Assembly: GCA_043228905.1 (NCBI GenBank)
Contig: JBHGNT010000002.1
Coordinates: 16,306,001-16,370,000 of the forward strand
Length of the DNA stretch: 64,000 nucleotides
Direction: 5' to 3'
Source of the DNA: Azolla caroliniana
Lineage: Eukaryota; Plantae; Polypodiophyta
A program made the translations under genes and the position numbers. Positions 25,054 through 39,270 of the stretch are shown here, piece after piece. A model generated the notes under the pieces. That model did not search any database. It saw nothing but the letters and a program-made list of their open reading frames with translations, and was not told the origin of the DNA. Numbering within the stretch: position 1 is the stretch's first letter; every line of letters starts with the position of its first letter.

Positions 25054-25817
25054 ACCTTACCCCGTAACGTTAGTATTCATCATGTTTTTCACATCAATCG
25101 TCTAAAACCATTTTTAAGTTCTGGTGATAACACCCGACAATCCAAGATCTTATAACATTAGAGGATTTTTATTACAAACCTCATGTTCCTGAACGAATTC
25201 TTGATTCTCGTACTAAACTTTTACGTTCTAAAGAGATTCGGTCATTCAATATCAAATGGATGGATAAACCTATTGATGATGCCACATGGGAATGTGATCA
25301 TACTCTTAAGGCACAATTTCCTCACTTTATATTGCAAGAGTGCAATCTTTTGAAGTAGGTGAGGGTAGGTCACTAATATTTACATAAGTGAAGGGTATGT
25401 TTACTAATGTTAAAAAGGGACTAATGTGAAATTTAGATAGAAGGAATGATAGGTGCATGCACTATCATGATTTGGACAACCAATGAATGGAGAGTCTTTT
25501 AGAACGGCACATCTATTCAAGGGGCCTAGGAAGAGGTATAAATATGAGGCTTAGCTACCCTCGTAATGTTTTTTACGTCGGAAGGCGGTTGTCTTAGACA
25601 CTAGTGGTGCAGGCTAGGCTTTCTTCACGACGATCGTGTTAATATCTTCCAAGGTATTAGTCATCCTAATATCCGGTGGTATGGGACGTCGATGGTAGGT
25701 TGACTATGTCTTGATCATAGCTCAAGGGTGGTCGGGTGGAACGGGTTCTTCTATCCAATCTATTTTTCTTCTTTTTACTTTATTTTGGTCTATTGATTAG
25801 TAATAAACTCTTGACAA
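25054..25817 (+). mobile_element. older chromovirus relic (integrase C-terminus, chromodomain, probable LTR)
   Basis: IHHVFHINRLKPF and PERILDSR...IKWMDKPIDDATWE at 25075-25330. LTR boundaries approximate. Confidence 0.6.
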
Positions 25818-28800
25818 TTATGAACACCCTCACCTCCATTATTAGCCCCATTCCACTTGTCACATCACATTCCTTCCCATTAATGATATTATTGAAAATA
25901 GAATGAATATGTGAGCACGTTGTTCCTCCTAACCACTTGTATCATTGCTTCCATACAACTTAACTCGCACTCACTATGATGGGAGATGAGTTTTGGGGCA
26001 CAAGTAATGAGAGTGGTCGACTATGCACACTTTGCTCTAAACAAGTTTGGGAGTCTATGAATCATAGTTTCATACAATTCTCTTCCTTGAATCACATTCA
26101 ACTATTCTTTTTACACATCTTTAATCAAACCCATTCCTTGCACAAATTTCTCTCATAGTCATAGTGTGCACTCTCAAGTATGATATTCATTGTGAAAATG
26201 TTATGTTTTTTGTCTCATAGGTCATTTCACCTCCAAAGACAATAATAAAATTTATATCTATCTCTATTCCTTCCAATTCACCACCCTATATTGATGGCAA
26301 TGCCTCTCTCACAATTAAAATTAGATTAGGGGAGACATCTCTCAACGAATTGGGGCAAAGAATTTTACAAAGAGTTATTATACTCCCTATAACCCATGAA
26401 ATTGGGGCAACCAATATATAACACATAACCTCACCTAGTGATCAGGTATCCAAATCAACAAGAACACCATTTGCATGAGTATGGTAATTATAGATTGGGA
26501 AACAACAATCATGAAGATGGATCAACAACAAGAGAAAGACCCTCGGTTTCCCTTGGCGTTGTAGCGGACCTCTATCAATCACAAACGGCAATATGCCACT
26601 TACTAGTGACCACATTTGCATCAACACCAACCCCTCCTCCAACATGCAAACCAATCTAATCTCACATTTTCCCAAGAACGATAGAAATGCATTTATGACC
26701 TTGGGCTCCACTCATCAACACCTTGGTAGATGGCGTGGCTCTATTTCAGAATCTCCATAAAGGGCCTTAGCAATTCGTTTATGCATAGATGGTTGGGAGT
26801 GCATCGTCGTCTCCTGATTTTGAAAGAGCACTTATTTGAATCCCCACTTGTCCAACAACCCACTACATTCACACATGTCATATGAATGAAACTTTGCACA
26901 ACATCCAACCTAGACTACACCTAACCCTCTTGTAACTCAAGAAATGATCAAATCATTACCTCCTTGACAACGCCTTCACCACCAATGAACATAACTCCAA
27001 CCCTCACATCTCATACACCTCAAAGCTGGGGCAAACTCAGAAACATTCTAACAATTGCACACAATTGCTCATTTACACTTCAACTAGCTCCAAATCTTTC
27101 TGATATAATGAAGGAAGCTAAAAGGGAATAAGATCAAATAAATGATGATCCAGAAAAGCATAGAAAAAACAAAGAAGAAAGAACACAATATGATTTTGCC
27201 CTTATGCATATTATGTTTACTGTCTCCTTACATTTAAGGAATTCAAAGAACGCATTGCACTAATTTTCTCACTATTTTCCAAAATAGCTAGGTGTCTATT
27301 AGTCTCAACTAAACTATATATTAATTACCCTTCCCCTATGTTCGAAGATTTTCCATTAATTTCCCCTAAACAGACATACATATTAAACAATAATACACAT
27401 TTAGTGTCAAACACTTGTACACACATTCACATGTAACCACAAACCTTCACATGTAGCTACACACACATATATATGCAAAAAAATATGCTACTTTGCACGT
27501 GCACATACATATCGACAAAACAATGAAACACACATCTTTACATGTACAAATGCACAAGTAGGCACACACACATTCATATACAAACGAGAATAAATATCAA
27601 AATTCACACATATACTCACACACTTCTACATGCTCATACAATTACAGTTATAATGCGCGAATACACGTTTATACTTTTGGGGAAAAAAATACATGTTTAT
27701 ACTAACATGTTCACACAAATACATATATTTAGGTGCCACTTGCATGTAAATTATTATTAATACATACTTTTGACGGCAGGACATTAACTGCCCTTGAGCC
27801 ACCAAGGTGGGGAAAATCAAGGGTGTGAACATGTGCCAACTTACAAATATCAATTCATGTGATTGGCTAGGGGGACAATTTCATTAAAACCCATCTTACT
27901 TGGTCCAAAATATTGATGGTTCCACTCACATCTTTCACACCCTTGTTGTAGATTCTCATGTCACCATTTCTATCAATATTTGAAAACTAATCAATGTCTA
28001 AAACAAACTTTAGATTGAGTATAGTAGTAATAAAACAAAATCAAAACCATGTATATTCTATGACAACTTGTCCACTAGTGTGTGTGTGTGTATATAGCTA
28101 GGGAATGCCAAGGGAATGAATTGTGAATACCATATTTTGTATCATCAATTTAAACTTGAGAGCATAATATAAAGGTGCATAAGAGCGTATCATTATTGAC
28201 CACATCAATGTGAGCCTCTCCAAGATATATAACCCTTCACATTCACATAAGTGAAAATGACGTTTTATATTTCATATGGTATGAGCTTTTTATGTCTTTC
28301 AAAGGTTTACAAATGTCCCAAGTTATATGGTGGATGTACTTGAAATTGACTAGGTGTTGGAGCACAATTGAATTATGGATATACATTGGATGTTTTATCA
28401 TTCCTTTGGAAAAAATACTTCATGGAGGCTATTCCCAAAAGAACTAATGTTAGTGAACTGTGAGACTTTCAATGATTGATGAACTACCATAATCATGCTT
28501 GTCATATGCATAGTATGAAGCATACGTACCATTCGTGCATTCGCATTCTCGAACATTCTTATCATTTGCGTAAGAAAAACACCCTCAAAGTATGATAAAT
28601 GCCATACTTTTGCATTCATGATTTATTATAAGGTGAAATATTTTTAGGGCAAGAAAGTCAAGGTAAAAAGTGGGAAAAAAAAACCCCACTAGAATGTTTT
28701 AATAACATACGCATTCGTTTTCATATGTATGAAACGAATGTTTGGGCTAAAGAACACGAATATTACGTACTATGGTCATATGTATAATCCATTGACAATA

Positions 28801-30056
28801 AATGCTATTGAATATAATGAAAGACCAATTACTCAAAGATAATCAAGACACATTACAAATTTATATGTAAATGCATATGTTGGATTTGAGCATGCAAAAT
28901 ACATTGATCACAATGACATAATAATGCAAACTAATACTGAAAACATTTGATAAAGTCCAGGTAAGACTTGAATGGGTCCACAATGTTGAACTAAGGATTT
29001 GGCACCTAAGTCACACACATCTTAATGGTCAATATGGGTCCAATACACTTATTCAATTTGCAATTGGTTGGAATCATCATTGCACATATTGTTTGTAGAT
29101 GTGATCCATGACAATGATTTCGTTGTGTAGATTTTAAATGTTCCATATTCAAATTGAAAAGGGTATTATTCAAGCAAACCTCAAGCTTTGCTAAAAGGTT
29201 CTCCATATGTAGAAGGTGTTGTGGAGACAGCCAATGCTAGCTGAAACGCATTCTATCATTAAACCCCATCAATTGATGATCAATAATAAAGCACACTTAT
29301 TCATACACGGCATCAGAAAGTGTAACGTTGTAAACCTCATTTGAACATGCACCTAGATAATTTGGTTGTATCTCCATTTTCCAAAACAACACCCCTCTCC
29401 CAACAAATTCTCCGAAACCTTAGTAATAGACGGAACCAACACATGCGTAGTGGGATTGGGAAGGAACCTATACGTGTGTATGTATGTAATGATCAAACCC
29501 ACCACCAAAGCGAAGTGTATGTATTTGTGTAAGAAGGAATAAAGCCGATATTTCTTTTGCTTTTCAATAAGTATGTAAAGGAAAAAAAAAAGCGAGAGGA
29601 TCTCGCCTAAAGCCATATGTATGTATAGCCGCCCATGTACATACATACATATTTATGTGTACACATACAAAATGTAAATCCACCGCCAGATTTAGTTAGT
29701 TAGGTCCCCCCCCCCCCTTTTATTTCTGTTGCTTTAACTTTGGCGCCTATTTCGCAATTTTCCAGGCATTCACGTCTGCCGCTCTCGCTCATTCTCCTCG
29801 TTTTCTCCTTCTTTTAGAGCCTCTTCTCCTTCCCCTCCTCCTCCTCCTCCTCCTCCTCCTCATTTGCTGTTTCTCTTCAGGACTTTTAAGGACTCTCTCT
29901 TTCCTCGTATCTTCTGTTTTATTTAGGGTTTCCTACTGACTCTACACTGTTCAAAGCTTTTGTTCTTTTTCCTCTACCAAGATCTCCATTTGTAAGTACA
30001 GATTTCAGTACCATAAATTTTCCTCGATCCTTCTTAGATCTTGCTTCGCCATCGCC

Positions 30057-31533
30057 ATGATCAGCTGCAGTGGCCTTCCTCTATGTCTTTCTGGCATCCA
30101 TATTTTGCCTCAGGTGAGGTTTCTTGTTAAAGATGCTATCGTTATACCTGCTTGTTTAAGCTTTGTGAATGTGGAATAAATCGAAAATTTCAAGGTGTAA
30201 TTTTCCTCCAGTCGTGTTTATATGATCTATTGTTTTCTCCAGAATCGACAGTATGCATCTGAAGAACTCAGGAGATCTCGAACTGTGGACAGTGTTGATT
30301 CTTCTTCTACTCAGGAGCTTCGATCTCCCACAGTGAGCAGTAGTATCCACAGATCTGAAACTATGTCTGATACAGGAAACTTATCTTCCGATCGTGAATC
30401 GTCTGCTTCCTTTTCATCTGAAGATGTTCTGTATGTAAAGCTTTAAATATACTAGAACTCGAAGGATTATTAACTGTCACTGAAGGTTATATAACTTCTG
30501 TTGTCATTTTCAGCGAGAGGAGCTCTGGTATCTCAAGAAAAAGTGCCCCACGACTTTCTGTAGTTCAAGAGTAAGTGTGATACAGTCTTTAAAAAGAGTA
30601 TGGTCACACGTCTTGATGCATCGTGTATCATCTTTTTCTCGATAAATCATGCTGATTATATACTGTGGAAAGTTTTTGAATTTTTTAATAAATATGTATG
30701 CTTTATGAATCATTCTGAAATTGTTAGATGTCGCCTCATTATATTGTACCTTGTCAATGATGCATTGTGAATCCTTATATATGCTACCAATTTTTTTCAA
30801 TTGTTTGATTCGTGTATCCTTTCTTGATGTTTTTTGATAATCTTTGTATGTTTGTATGTTTATGTTTGTATGTATACTGTATGAAATTGCTTGATCTTTG
30901 ATCATATTCATGCTATGCGAAGGATACTCTGGATCTTCAATTAACTCCCATCTGGAGAGAGCTGTTTGACCATGTTCACGTTCAGAAATTCAGTTAATTT
31001 TACGAATATTTATGCCTTTACAGAAGATTTATTTGATCGTCTTATTGATAGTTTCTACCAAAGATTTATTTGATATCTCATGATTTGAGTCAGATCTTTG
31101 TCATGAAACTTTATGCCTTTTCTAGATATGAAAGTTTTCGTGCGTTGATGAATCAAGCCATGATATTAAACTATTCCTCTTACCAATCGTTTCTATAGAA
31201 TAATTTGTCATATTTGATGAGTTGAACCATAAATGTTTTGTTCAGAAGTCCTTTTTGAAATTCTGATGATTTGAGTCATAGTTTGGATGAACACTGTTGC
31301 TAATTTAACCTAATTTCTGCAGAATGGCAGATCTGGACTACAGACGTGGGGTGATCAGACAACGTTTTAGGTCATTGTTGCTTAGTCGTGATGACATTCG
31401 AATATTTCGATACAGGACTTCACCACATTTAATAGAAAGATTCCTTAACAATTGCATTGAGAAGCATCTCATTAGGTTAGGAGAAGATCGATCAGACTCG
31501 ACACAGATCAGTGTTTGTGCAAAGGCAGCGTAG
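30057..31533 (+). CDS. 4-exon gene, ~170-aa Ser-rich protein of unknown function
   Basis: Exons 30057-30113, 30243-30430, 30514-30570 and 31323-31533 join in frame via canonical GT..AG. GCCATG start; pyrimidine-rich 5' UTR. Confidence 0.7.
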
Positions 31534-32699
31534 ATGAATACCAGACATCAAGAGTTCTCAAATTTCTCACTGTATGTAGTTGAAATCAGAGATTGCAGAT
31601 CTGATCTTGTGACTACTTGTACAAAACTTGTTTAATCGCAACTGATTTTGGTAGTTTCCTCTAGTTCTGGTCTTCAGGCTGATATGGCCTTCCTTTCAAA
31701 TTTGCCTGTTTTGTTTTATCACACAAATCACAATACAGCAAACTATTTTCCTTCACACACAAATCACAATACAAAAAACTATTTTCCTTCAATTTGCTTT
31801 TTTGTATTCTGATCTAATTATATCATTCAGTCGTCTGTTTTGTTTTATCACATAAATCACAATACAGCAAACTATTTTCCTTCAATTTGCTGTTTTGGAT
31901 TCTGATCTAATTATATCGTTCAGTTTATTCCATGGTAAAGGGAGTTATATTCTTCTGATATTTTTTTTTCGAGTGTATGATTTAGGGAGAAAGTTATGAA
32001 AGGGAAAGTTTTTGCAAAATACTTTTGTAAGATACCTTGGACTCATTACGGGTTTATTTGGACTGATTACAGTTCTATTTGGCACAAATAGCATTCCATT
32101 GGTCGTGGGTGGAAGATATGTCATGTTAGGAACTCCCACTGTTAAATTAACGGTAAATTACATTTGCAATGCCTTAGTTGTACTCCTGTGGGTAAATTTG
32201 TTAGCAACTTCCACATTGTTTTAAATTAATACTTGTGCAAGTTACCTTGAAAACAATGCTGTTCTATTTGGCACAAGTAGCTCTCCATTGGTCTTAGGTA
32301 AAATATGTCATGCGAGCAACTCCCACAGTGTTAAATTAATGTTAAATTACATCAGCCATACCGTAGTTGCACTCCTTGGGCTAATTTGTTTCTCTTAGTA
32401 CTACCGAAAGCTGTGGCTTTGTCCTTTGGAGCTTTTAGAAGTGTTTGTTTGTTGTCTTATAGTTTCATGCGTTTGTATATCCTATTGGATTATAACCTAC
32501 CTTTGAAACTGATCAACACTCATTAATAATGGTATTCTACTAATTGTGTTAAGATGAAGTGTTGTTGGAAGTGGTCTTATACTATTCTATTTATTTATTT
32601 AACTACTATTTTCATTAATTGAGTAGTATTAGGAAAACTACAAACAAATTTAGTACCTATCGATTGGTGAAATTTGCAAAAGAAAGTCTTTCCGTTTGA

Positions 32700-33500
32700 T
32701 CGTGAATAATGCATTCTCAATCCCTAGGGTCATAATGTAACTTAAGAGTCAAACCATGCAACAAATCTTGAAAAGAAAAGTTCGGTTATAATGTAAGTGG
32801 AGTTGACAAGTCGAGTCAATCATGTCCATGACAAAAATAAAGAATCACAATGACATTATCGATTATGATATCCTTAACATGTCAAGCACATAGTAGAGAA
32901 TGGCCCCATAATCATCACAACGAAGAACTCCTAGCTGCCCCTATGGGTTGAATGGTTATACAAGGCAAATGTTAACTTCATGCATATATGTATAATGTAT
33001 GATATCACTCGATCAATAATCAAGACCAAGAAGAAACCTCTTCTCACAAGATCCACCAAATTATATGACGAAACATGTTTTGAATTAGGTTTGTCCTTTA
33101 TATAGTACAAGCTATACCATGTATAAAGCGATCTCTTTATATAAGAGGCAATAGTATTGCATAACATCATCTTTTCACATAGAAAGGTGATGTTGGGTTA
33201 TATATTTTACATGTAAGCAAGATGATGATGAATGGAAATTTACCCATGCTACAAATCTAATTCAACATCCTGACAACATGGTTTCATTGATCTTGGTTGA
33301 AGTCTTGGTTCCAACAAACATCCTAACTTTTCATCTACTCACCATTGTCCAACACAAATGATGATATCAACATAGTTGAGAGCATGATGTTAATATCAAC
33401 ATGACTTAATTATCTTCTAGAATTAACAAAAATGAGCGTCACGTCCTTTGGATGTCAAAGGTCATCCTAATCACCATAACCTCCAATTTATATGTAGGCG
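32700..33500 (-). mobile_element. highly decayed copia RT relic
   Basis: Only faint RT-like remnants (YVDD-like region ~33360-33390); boundaries uncertain. Confidence 0.3.
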
Positions 33501-33790
33501 ATGGGTTTGATTAAACTAACCCTATTACAATATTAACCATTCAAATTGAGCTAGTCCAGACTTTAACTACACTTTACACATTAGCATATGAAGAAAATCA
33601 CTGTCATACCAATATGTATAAATGGAACACCTAGTCCCACTAGTTTACACTCTAGGATCAATGTCTTGCCAATGTATTATGTAGTGTGGCAATAATTGCT
33701 TCCAAAATGTCGGGGTTTACAACCTTAATTGTGAAGTTTTCTAAATTAAAATGTATGAATATTGGTTTAAAGCTACAAAAAGTGGATCTA

Positions 33791-34002
33791 ATGTTAACAT
33801 CAATTATGAGCACAATGCATGTCTTTCGTTTTAGATCATGCATAATGTTACATCAATTATGAAAACAATTCATGTCTCTGGTTTGAGATCATGCACAATG
33901 TTTCATCAATTATAAAAACAATTCATGTCTCTGGTTTGAGATCATGCACAATGTTTCATCAATTATGAAAACAATCCATATCTTAAGTTTGTGATCATGC
34001 AC
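33791..34002. repeat. 53-bp tandem repeat, 4 copies
   Basis: CATCAATTAT at 33798, 33851, 33904 and 33957. Confidence 0.9.
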
Positions 34003-34434
34003 TATATCAAATTTCACTTTCCCAACCCAAGGATTCAAAGTGATAACATGGCAATATTAGTAAGAACTTTGCTACTCAATATGGCCATTGACAATGTTAA
34101 AAAGGAAAACAATGCTTTACATGATGGCATTAGCAATCCTAACAAAAGAAGAGGGAAGAAGCGCTTCAATTTCGCGAAGTGTTTTAAGTGTTGGCTTCGA
34201 TGTTGGTGTTAGCCTGACTCATCTCAATAGGTGTGTTGAGTGACAAGCTCAACATGGCGGATCGGCTGAAGAATTCGAAAGCCAGATCGGCTAAAAATGC
34301 CGACAACCGGATCGGCTTGGTGCCAACAGGCTGTTAGAGGCCTATATTCCTATTAAAATAGGAATATTGTAGGAAATTAGTGTCAGAGGCTCATTGAAGA
34401 GCACAGATAAGCTTGGATTTCCAGACATAGACTA

Positions 34435-36727
34435 ACATGAACATGGATAGAGCTATGGGGAGTTCCTTGCCGACCGAAAAACTCGACATGAACAACTACA
34501 CATCTTGGGAGTACAAGATGCACGAGTACCTACTCGGCCACGGGTACTAGAGTTATGTTGAAGGTGCAAACGAAGTAGCTCTAGAGCCGACAAACAAAGA
34601 TTTCTTGACTTGGAAACAAGCAACATGCCGCGTCTTGTATTGCTTGGCATCTTGTGTTCATGAACAAATGCTAAGCTATATCAAGGATGTGAAGTCACAG
34701 AAGGAAGCTTGGGGATTAAAGATCTTTATAGCAACACCACATCCTAGAAGTTGTAGCTCTAACAAGAGCTCAACAATGTTCGACAAGGAGGCATGTCGAT
34801 AACTGACTACACCACCAACATCAAAAAGATATGTGATTCGTTGGGATTCATCAACGTTTTGATAAACGAAGATGAGCTAGTACAAATCTATCTAGGTGGT
34901 CTACCTCAGAGGTATGGGTAGATTCAGACGAATATTTGCACAAGAGAGAAGCCGTTGTCCTTCTTCGAACTACACTTGATGCTCCTCGTAGAAGAAAACC
35001 ACACGGTTGCATCTACACAGAGGCGGATCGACCCTATGGTCGTGGAGGACGAGGCGGGTCGGCATGCAACAATGAAAACCAACATGAGTAGAACCAGAGG
35101 CACAACAAAGATGTTGATAGCAGTACCAGACCCTCCACAAAGTAGGGGAACTCAAGGTGATGCCGGGAGCCGACAAAATAGAACCACTGACTACTAGTAC
35201 TGTGGTAGGAAGGGTCAAAGGGAAAGTGAGTGTTGGAAGAAGAAAGTTGATTCAGACAAAGCCGAATCAAGCAGACCCGATTTTGGGCGTCATTAGAGAT
35301 TGCACTATGCTGAGTCAGAACGGGCCCTACATTCGTCATGAAGCACAAAACCAACTGAATGGGTGTATTCGGTGTGAGCACCTCGATGCCAAAAGAGGTG
35401 TGGTACGTAGAATCGAACACATCAAACCATAATGAATGGTTCTCTACTTTGGAAAAGCCAGAGGAGCCAAGAGTCGTGGAGACCGATGACATCCCTTACC
35501 CCATTGAATATATAGGAGATGATGTCCCTATGAGCCATGCCGGCCGAAGAGGAATCATGAGGAACATCCTGCATGTGCCGACGATCACCAAGAATTTGGT
35601 GTCGGTTGGATAAATCATCGACCAAGGGATGCAGGTTCGGTTCACACACCATGGATGCTTCATTGAGGACGAAGGCCAGATCATCGTGCAAGGGCACAGG
35701 CACGGGAGGATGTTCATTCTCAAAATGAACGACGTCGGCGTCACTATGTTCGCAAAAGGTTGAATCGGACATCGACATGTGGCACAAGCGGATCGACCAC
35801 GTCAACTTCCCATAGCTTCATCAGATGTGGACGAAGAATATTGTTTTCGGTTTGCTGGAATTTACTAGCCAGAAGGACCAAGTCTGCAAGGCCTAGCAAT
35901 TAGGGAAGCAACATCGACTTCCTTTCCCCAATGAGCGCAATGGGGGCTAGAATAAGCTCAATTTGATCCACTCGGATGTGTGGGAACCGACATAGAACGT
36001 GAGTATCGGAGGGAGCTTCATCGATGACTTCACTCGGCATACCTAGGCATGCTTGATCGAGAAGAAGAGAGAAGTGTTCTCCTGTTTCCTGAAGGTAAAT
36101 TGCCTTGTTGAACGGGACACAGGAAGGAAGATCAAGTGCCTTAGGTTTGATGGTGAAAAAGAGTACTTTTCCGTCCAATTCACAAGTTATTTGCAAAAGG
36201 AGGGAATTTGGCGCGAATTCTCCTATAGATACACGCTAGAGTAGAACGACATGATCGAGGGGAAGAACTAGACCATAGAAGAAGTGGCTAGGGCAATGCT
36301 GGAATAGAAGAGCATGCCCAAGTTCTATTGGGCCGAAGTAGTCAGGATGTCCGTTTACCTTCAAAATCAAACATCTACAAACGGAGGAGTGTCACCACAT
36401 GAGTTGTACTTCGAGAAGAAGCTGAATTTGGCACACTTGAGGGTGTTCGACAACATTGCATAGGTGCATATGCCGAAGGAAAAGTAGAAGGAGTTTGATG
36501 CCAAGGCCAAAAAATGTATCTTGGTCGGCTACTCGGATGAGCAGAAGGGTTACAAATGTTGTGACCCCTGAACCAAACATGTTCGAGTAAGTTGTGATGT
36601 GGTTTTCGACGAAACGGGTTTGTGGTACCAACCCTAGACCAATCCGACCCCAGACAACTTCATGCTGAATTCTGAGGATGAGGCAAGTTTCATTCCGGCT
36701 GAGTGGGCCAATGGAAGAGTTGTGTCG
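34435..36727 (+). mobile_element. decayed Ty1/copia gag-PR-IN
   Basis: NYNIWEYKMHEYL; LHVPTITKNLVSVG; WHKRIDHVN; KIKCLRFDG; KCILVGY; many stops and frameshifts. Confidence 0.85.
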
Positions 36728-37462
36728 TGTTGGAATGTGGTTGTCTAGGTGCGGAACAATATCAACATCTTTCAAGCAAAGTAGATTGATCACCACAAGA
36801 AGTGGATCAAGTAACACAAGAAGAGACAAAAAGTTAGGCGCAAGTTGCATTGTATTTCTCAAGCTCTCAACCGCACAATATACAAGATGAACAACACCCT
36901 CACCAAACTAGGTTACAAAGTCAGTTTGTGTACTAACTTAGGGTAACTACCCTTCTTAGTATTTACAAAAATGGCCTAAACCTAGTGTGTGCAAATGGGA
37001 CAATGTGAATACATCCATTAGAGACCCGTATTTGACACTCCCCCGTAATGGGCGTATAAATCCGAAATCTATAATATAAGTGAACAATACAGATTTGTAT
37101 AAAGTTGTCGAACAAATCGGATTTTTGTTCGAGTTGGTAAACTCCGAAAAACAGAAGGCTGAATTGGCGGCCGGAGTCGGAGGAACTGAGACCGAACTTC
37201 GAACTATCAATGATGGTTGTTTGAACCCATTTTGAATGTCCAACTCAATCAAATTGATTATTCGTTACGCCGATCGGGTGCCGAAGGGATCAGAATCGAT
37301 CCGTCAAAAGACACTTGATCATCTCATCTGCGACATTATTGGCTGTAGGTATCTTTTCGAGGCCGATTTTTCCTGAAATGACACGGTCCCGAACAAAGTG
37401 ATATCGAATGTCAATATGCTTGGAGGCGTTGTGATGAACTGGATTTTTCGATAGAGCAACAA
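36728..37462 (-). mobile_element. copia 3' end (RNase H tail, PPT, 3' LTR 36728-37037)
   Basis: KNPVHHNASKHIDIRYHFVR; PPT (CTCCCCC on plus) directly after ...TGACA at 37037. Confidence 0.8.
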
Positions 37463-39270
37463 TGTTGAACGCAAAAGAGAGAGATGTTAGGCACAAAATG
37501 AACTATCTTTCAACAACTTCAAAACTAGGTTACAAAGTAGGTTTATATACTGACTAACTTATGGCAACTGCCCTTCTCACTATTTACATAAATAGCCTAA
37601 ACCTAGTGTGTACAAATGGAGACAATGTGAATACGTCCGTTAGAGACCCGCATTCAACACTCCCCCGTAATGGGCGTATACATCAAAAATCTGTAAATCG
37701 AAATAAATGTACAATACAAATTGATACAAAGTTTTCGAACAAATCGAAATTTCGTTCGAGTCGGTGAACTTAGAAAAAAAAGGTTGAATTGGCCGAGATT
37801 GGGAAAACTAAAACCGAGCTTCGAGCTGTTGAAGTTGATTGTTCGAAAAACTTCCTGTGCGTTCGATTTAATCAAACTGATTCTTAGTTACGCCCATTTG
37901 GTGCCGTAGGGATCAGAATCGATCTACCGAAAGACACTTGGTCATTCCATCTGCGACATTATCGGTTGTAGGTATCTTCTCCATGCCATTTTCCTTGAGA
38001 TGATGCAGTCCCGAACAAACTGATATCGAATGTCGATATGCTTGGAGGCGTTGTGATGAACTGGATTTTTCGACAGAGCGACAACACCCTAATTGTCATT
38101 GTCGACGATTGGAGCCAAGTCAAATTCTACTTGTCGAAATGTGCAAGCCAACCGACCAAGCCATAAGGCCTCTTTCGCCACATCGGACGCAACTACGTAT
38201 TCAGCCACGACCGTTGACGTGGCAGTGCAGTCATGAAGTTTCGATTTCCAAGAGATTGCTCCATTTCTAAACTTAAAGCAGTATCCGATTGCCGATTTTT
38301 GACTGTCCACACATCTAGCAAAGTCCGAGTCGATATAGCCGACTACACCTAAGGTGTCATTCGGGCCGAAGAGAATGCCAAGGTCTTTTGTGCCCACCAG
38401 ATAGTTGAACACATGGTTTACTGCGTTCCAATTCGATCGGCTAGGGTTGTGCATGAATCTGTTGACGACTCTGATGACGTGAGCAATGTTAGGTCATGTC
38501 GCGACCATCGCGTACATAAGGGAGCTGACTGCTGGTGCATATGGTACCGACTTCATAGTTTCCCCCTCCGAACCGGATGTCGGGCAGTCTCGCTGAGACA
38601 ACCAAACACCAATGGGGAGCAGGGTCGAAGCTGATTTTGCCGATTGTATGTGTAAGCGTTCGAGGACACGTCTAATATAGTCGGATTGGGACAGAAACAA
38701 TTGTCTTCGATTTTGATTTCGACTAATCTTCATGTCGAGAATGTGTCTCGCCGAACCGAGGTCCTTCATGGCAAACTTCAATTGCTGTTGCCGAACTACA
38801 AGCTCTCCAACTTGCCAACCGGAGATTAACATGTCGTCCACATAGATGATGAGGAAGATGGGTGACCCATCTCGAGTTGTTTTCGTGAAGAGATAGTGGT
38901 CCTCATCGCTCTTTGAGAAGCCGACCAACTGAATGAAGACATCGAACTTCTTATAGCACTGTTGCGGTGCCTGTTTCAGGCCGTATAGACTCTTCTTGAG
39001 TCGGCAGACAAGATGTTCCTGGCCGGGTGCCACGAAGCCTTTCAGTTGCTCCATATAAATTTCCTCCTCTAGATCACCATGGAGGAATGCCATTTTGACA
39101 TCTAGTTGAATCAGCTCCAAGCCCTCGGTTGCCATGACACCGAGCATGGATCTAAGGGTTGTCATTTTCACCACTGGTGAAAAGATTTCGTCGAAATCGA
39201 CGCCATATTCCTGTCGAAAACCCTTACCTACTAGTCTGGCCTTGAATTTTGGGGTGGCTTAATTAGACAT
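37463..39270 (-). mobile_element. related copia 3' half (RT, RNase H, PPT, LTR 37463-37659) nested in the previous one
   Basis: IYVDDMLI; SLYGLKQAP; ISWKSKL; second PPT at 37660; LTR TGTTGAA...TTCAACA. Confidence 0.85.

Noticed and set aside
25818-27090. Decayed gypsy pol on the minus strand
   Set aside because: Only faint hints; no motif can be read with confidence.
28200-29460. Possible divergent minus-strand gene (exon-like segments near 29350-29380, 29180-29240 and 28320-28450)
   Set aside because: The candidate exons do not join into an open frame.
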